From Macrostomum lignano (taxonomy: Eukaryota): a DNA stretch of 60,741 nucleotides. The position numbers and the translations under genes are program-made. Within the stretch, counting starts at the first letter, position 1, and every line of letters starts with the position of its first letter. This document shows, one piece after another, positions 60,309 through 60,741 of this stretch. Under the pieces are notes generated by a model that did no database searches, had not been told where the DNA came from, and saw only the letters and a program-made list of their open reading frames with translations. The stretch is taken from positions 1 to 60,741 of the forward strand of contig NIVC01004099.1 of the NCBI GenBank assembly GCA_002269645.1, given 5' to 3'.

Positions 60309-60741
60309 ATGACCATGACGTGGGATGATTTTAAACAAGATATGGAACAGACACAACAAGCAATATCGAATTAACAAATTGGGCGAGGCAGTTAAAAATA
60401 AAACCATTCAGATGTGTTATGCGAGATGAGATCAAAGACTTACCACAATATGGATGTTTCATTGTTAATATTGAAACAACAAAAGAAAATGGTGTTCATT
60501 GGTCAGCAGTTTATTCAAAACCAAAACTTGTTTATTTTTTTGATTCATACGCGCTTCCTCCGTTACAGGAATAAAAGATAAATTTAATCATACTAAAAAT
60601 CGTTTATGTGGAGATCATCACGAACAGTTTCAAACCTTTGATAAAAGTTATTGCGGCCAAGCAGCGTTGTATTTTTTATATCGACTTTCGAATGAAGCTC
60701 GTGTAAACCCCGAAGTATTTAAGACTATTTTAGACTCTATA
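60309..60741 (+). CDS. Adenain-like (C5) maturation cysteine protease, frameshifted, runs off the window end
   Basis: SNIEL..A..L.I..FR..MRDE..IVNIE..G.HW..YFFDSY.LPP, then after a shift Q.Q..SYCG..L.FL (His, Asp, Gln, Cys catalytic residues). Confidence 0.85.

Larger units (their letters stand above)
53183..60741. mobile_element. Polinton/Maverick (adintovirus-like) endogenous dsDNA virus, left part; continues beyond the window
   Basis: GTAGTAGTATAG terminus, an abrupt drop to AT-rich, intron-poor, tightly packed ORFs, and the integrase + MCP + ATPase + penton + adenain gene set. Confidence 0.92.

Overview
This is eukaryotic, intron-rich, minisatellite-laden animal DNA. The style resembles a free-living flatworm such as Macrostomum, which is an inference. 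Host content, left to right: the 3' exons of DDX1; a complete 5-exon MYG1; a small secreted PAN/apple protein; two and a half tandem copies of a rhodopsin-class GPCR; a WSC+PAN protein; a damaged hnRNP A/B exon; and a gene with about 34 ankyrin-like repeats. These are interspersed with about 15 tandem-repeat arrays, a CORE-type SINE, an RNase H-bearing LINE fragment and a gypsy gag-protease remnant. From 53183 to the window end lies an AT-rich, nearly intact Polinton/Maverick (adintovirus-like) endogenous virus. It has an AGTAGT terminus, a PLA2-integrase fusion, a restriction-like nuclease, a double jelly-roll major capsid, a packaging ATPase, a penton and an adenain protease. It abuts the PolB 3' end of an older, GC-richer Polinton. 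Main discovery: the viral PLA2-integrase gene is split in its Ca-binding loop (NFTG|PGT) by a 333-nt group I intron (55254-55586, minus strand). The intron has a complete IC1-type core with a compensatory P7, but ends in A instead of the near-universal omega-G. The virus also carries six copies of a fixed-geometry 15+13-nt double-hairpin module, one of them inside the intron.
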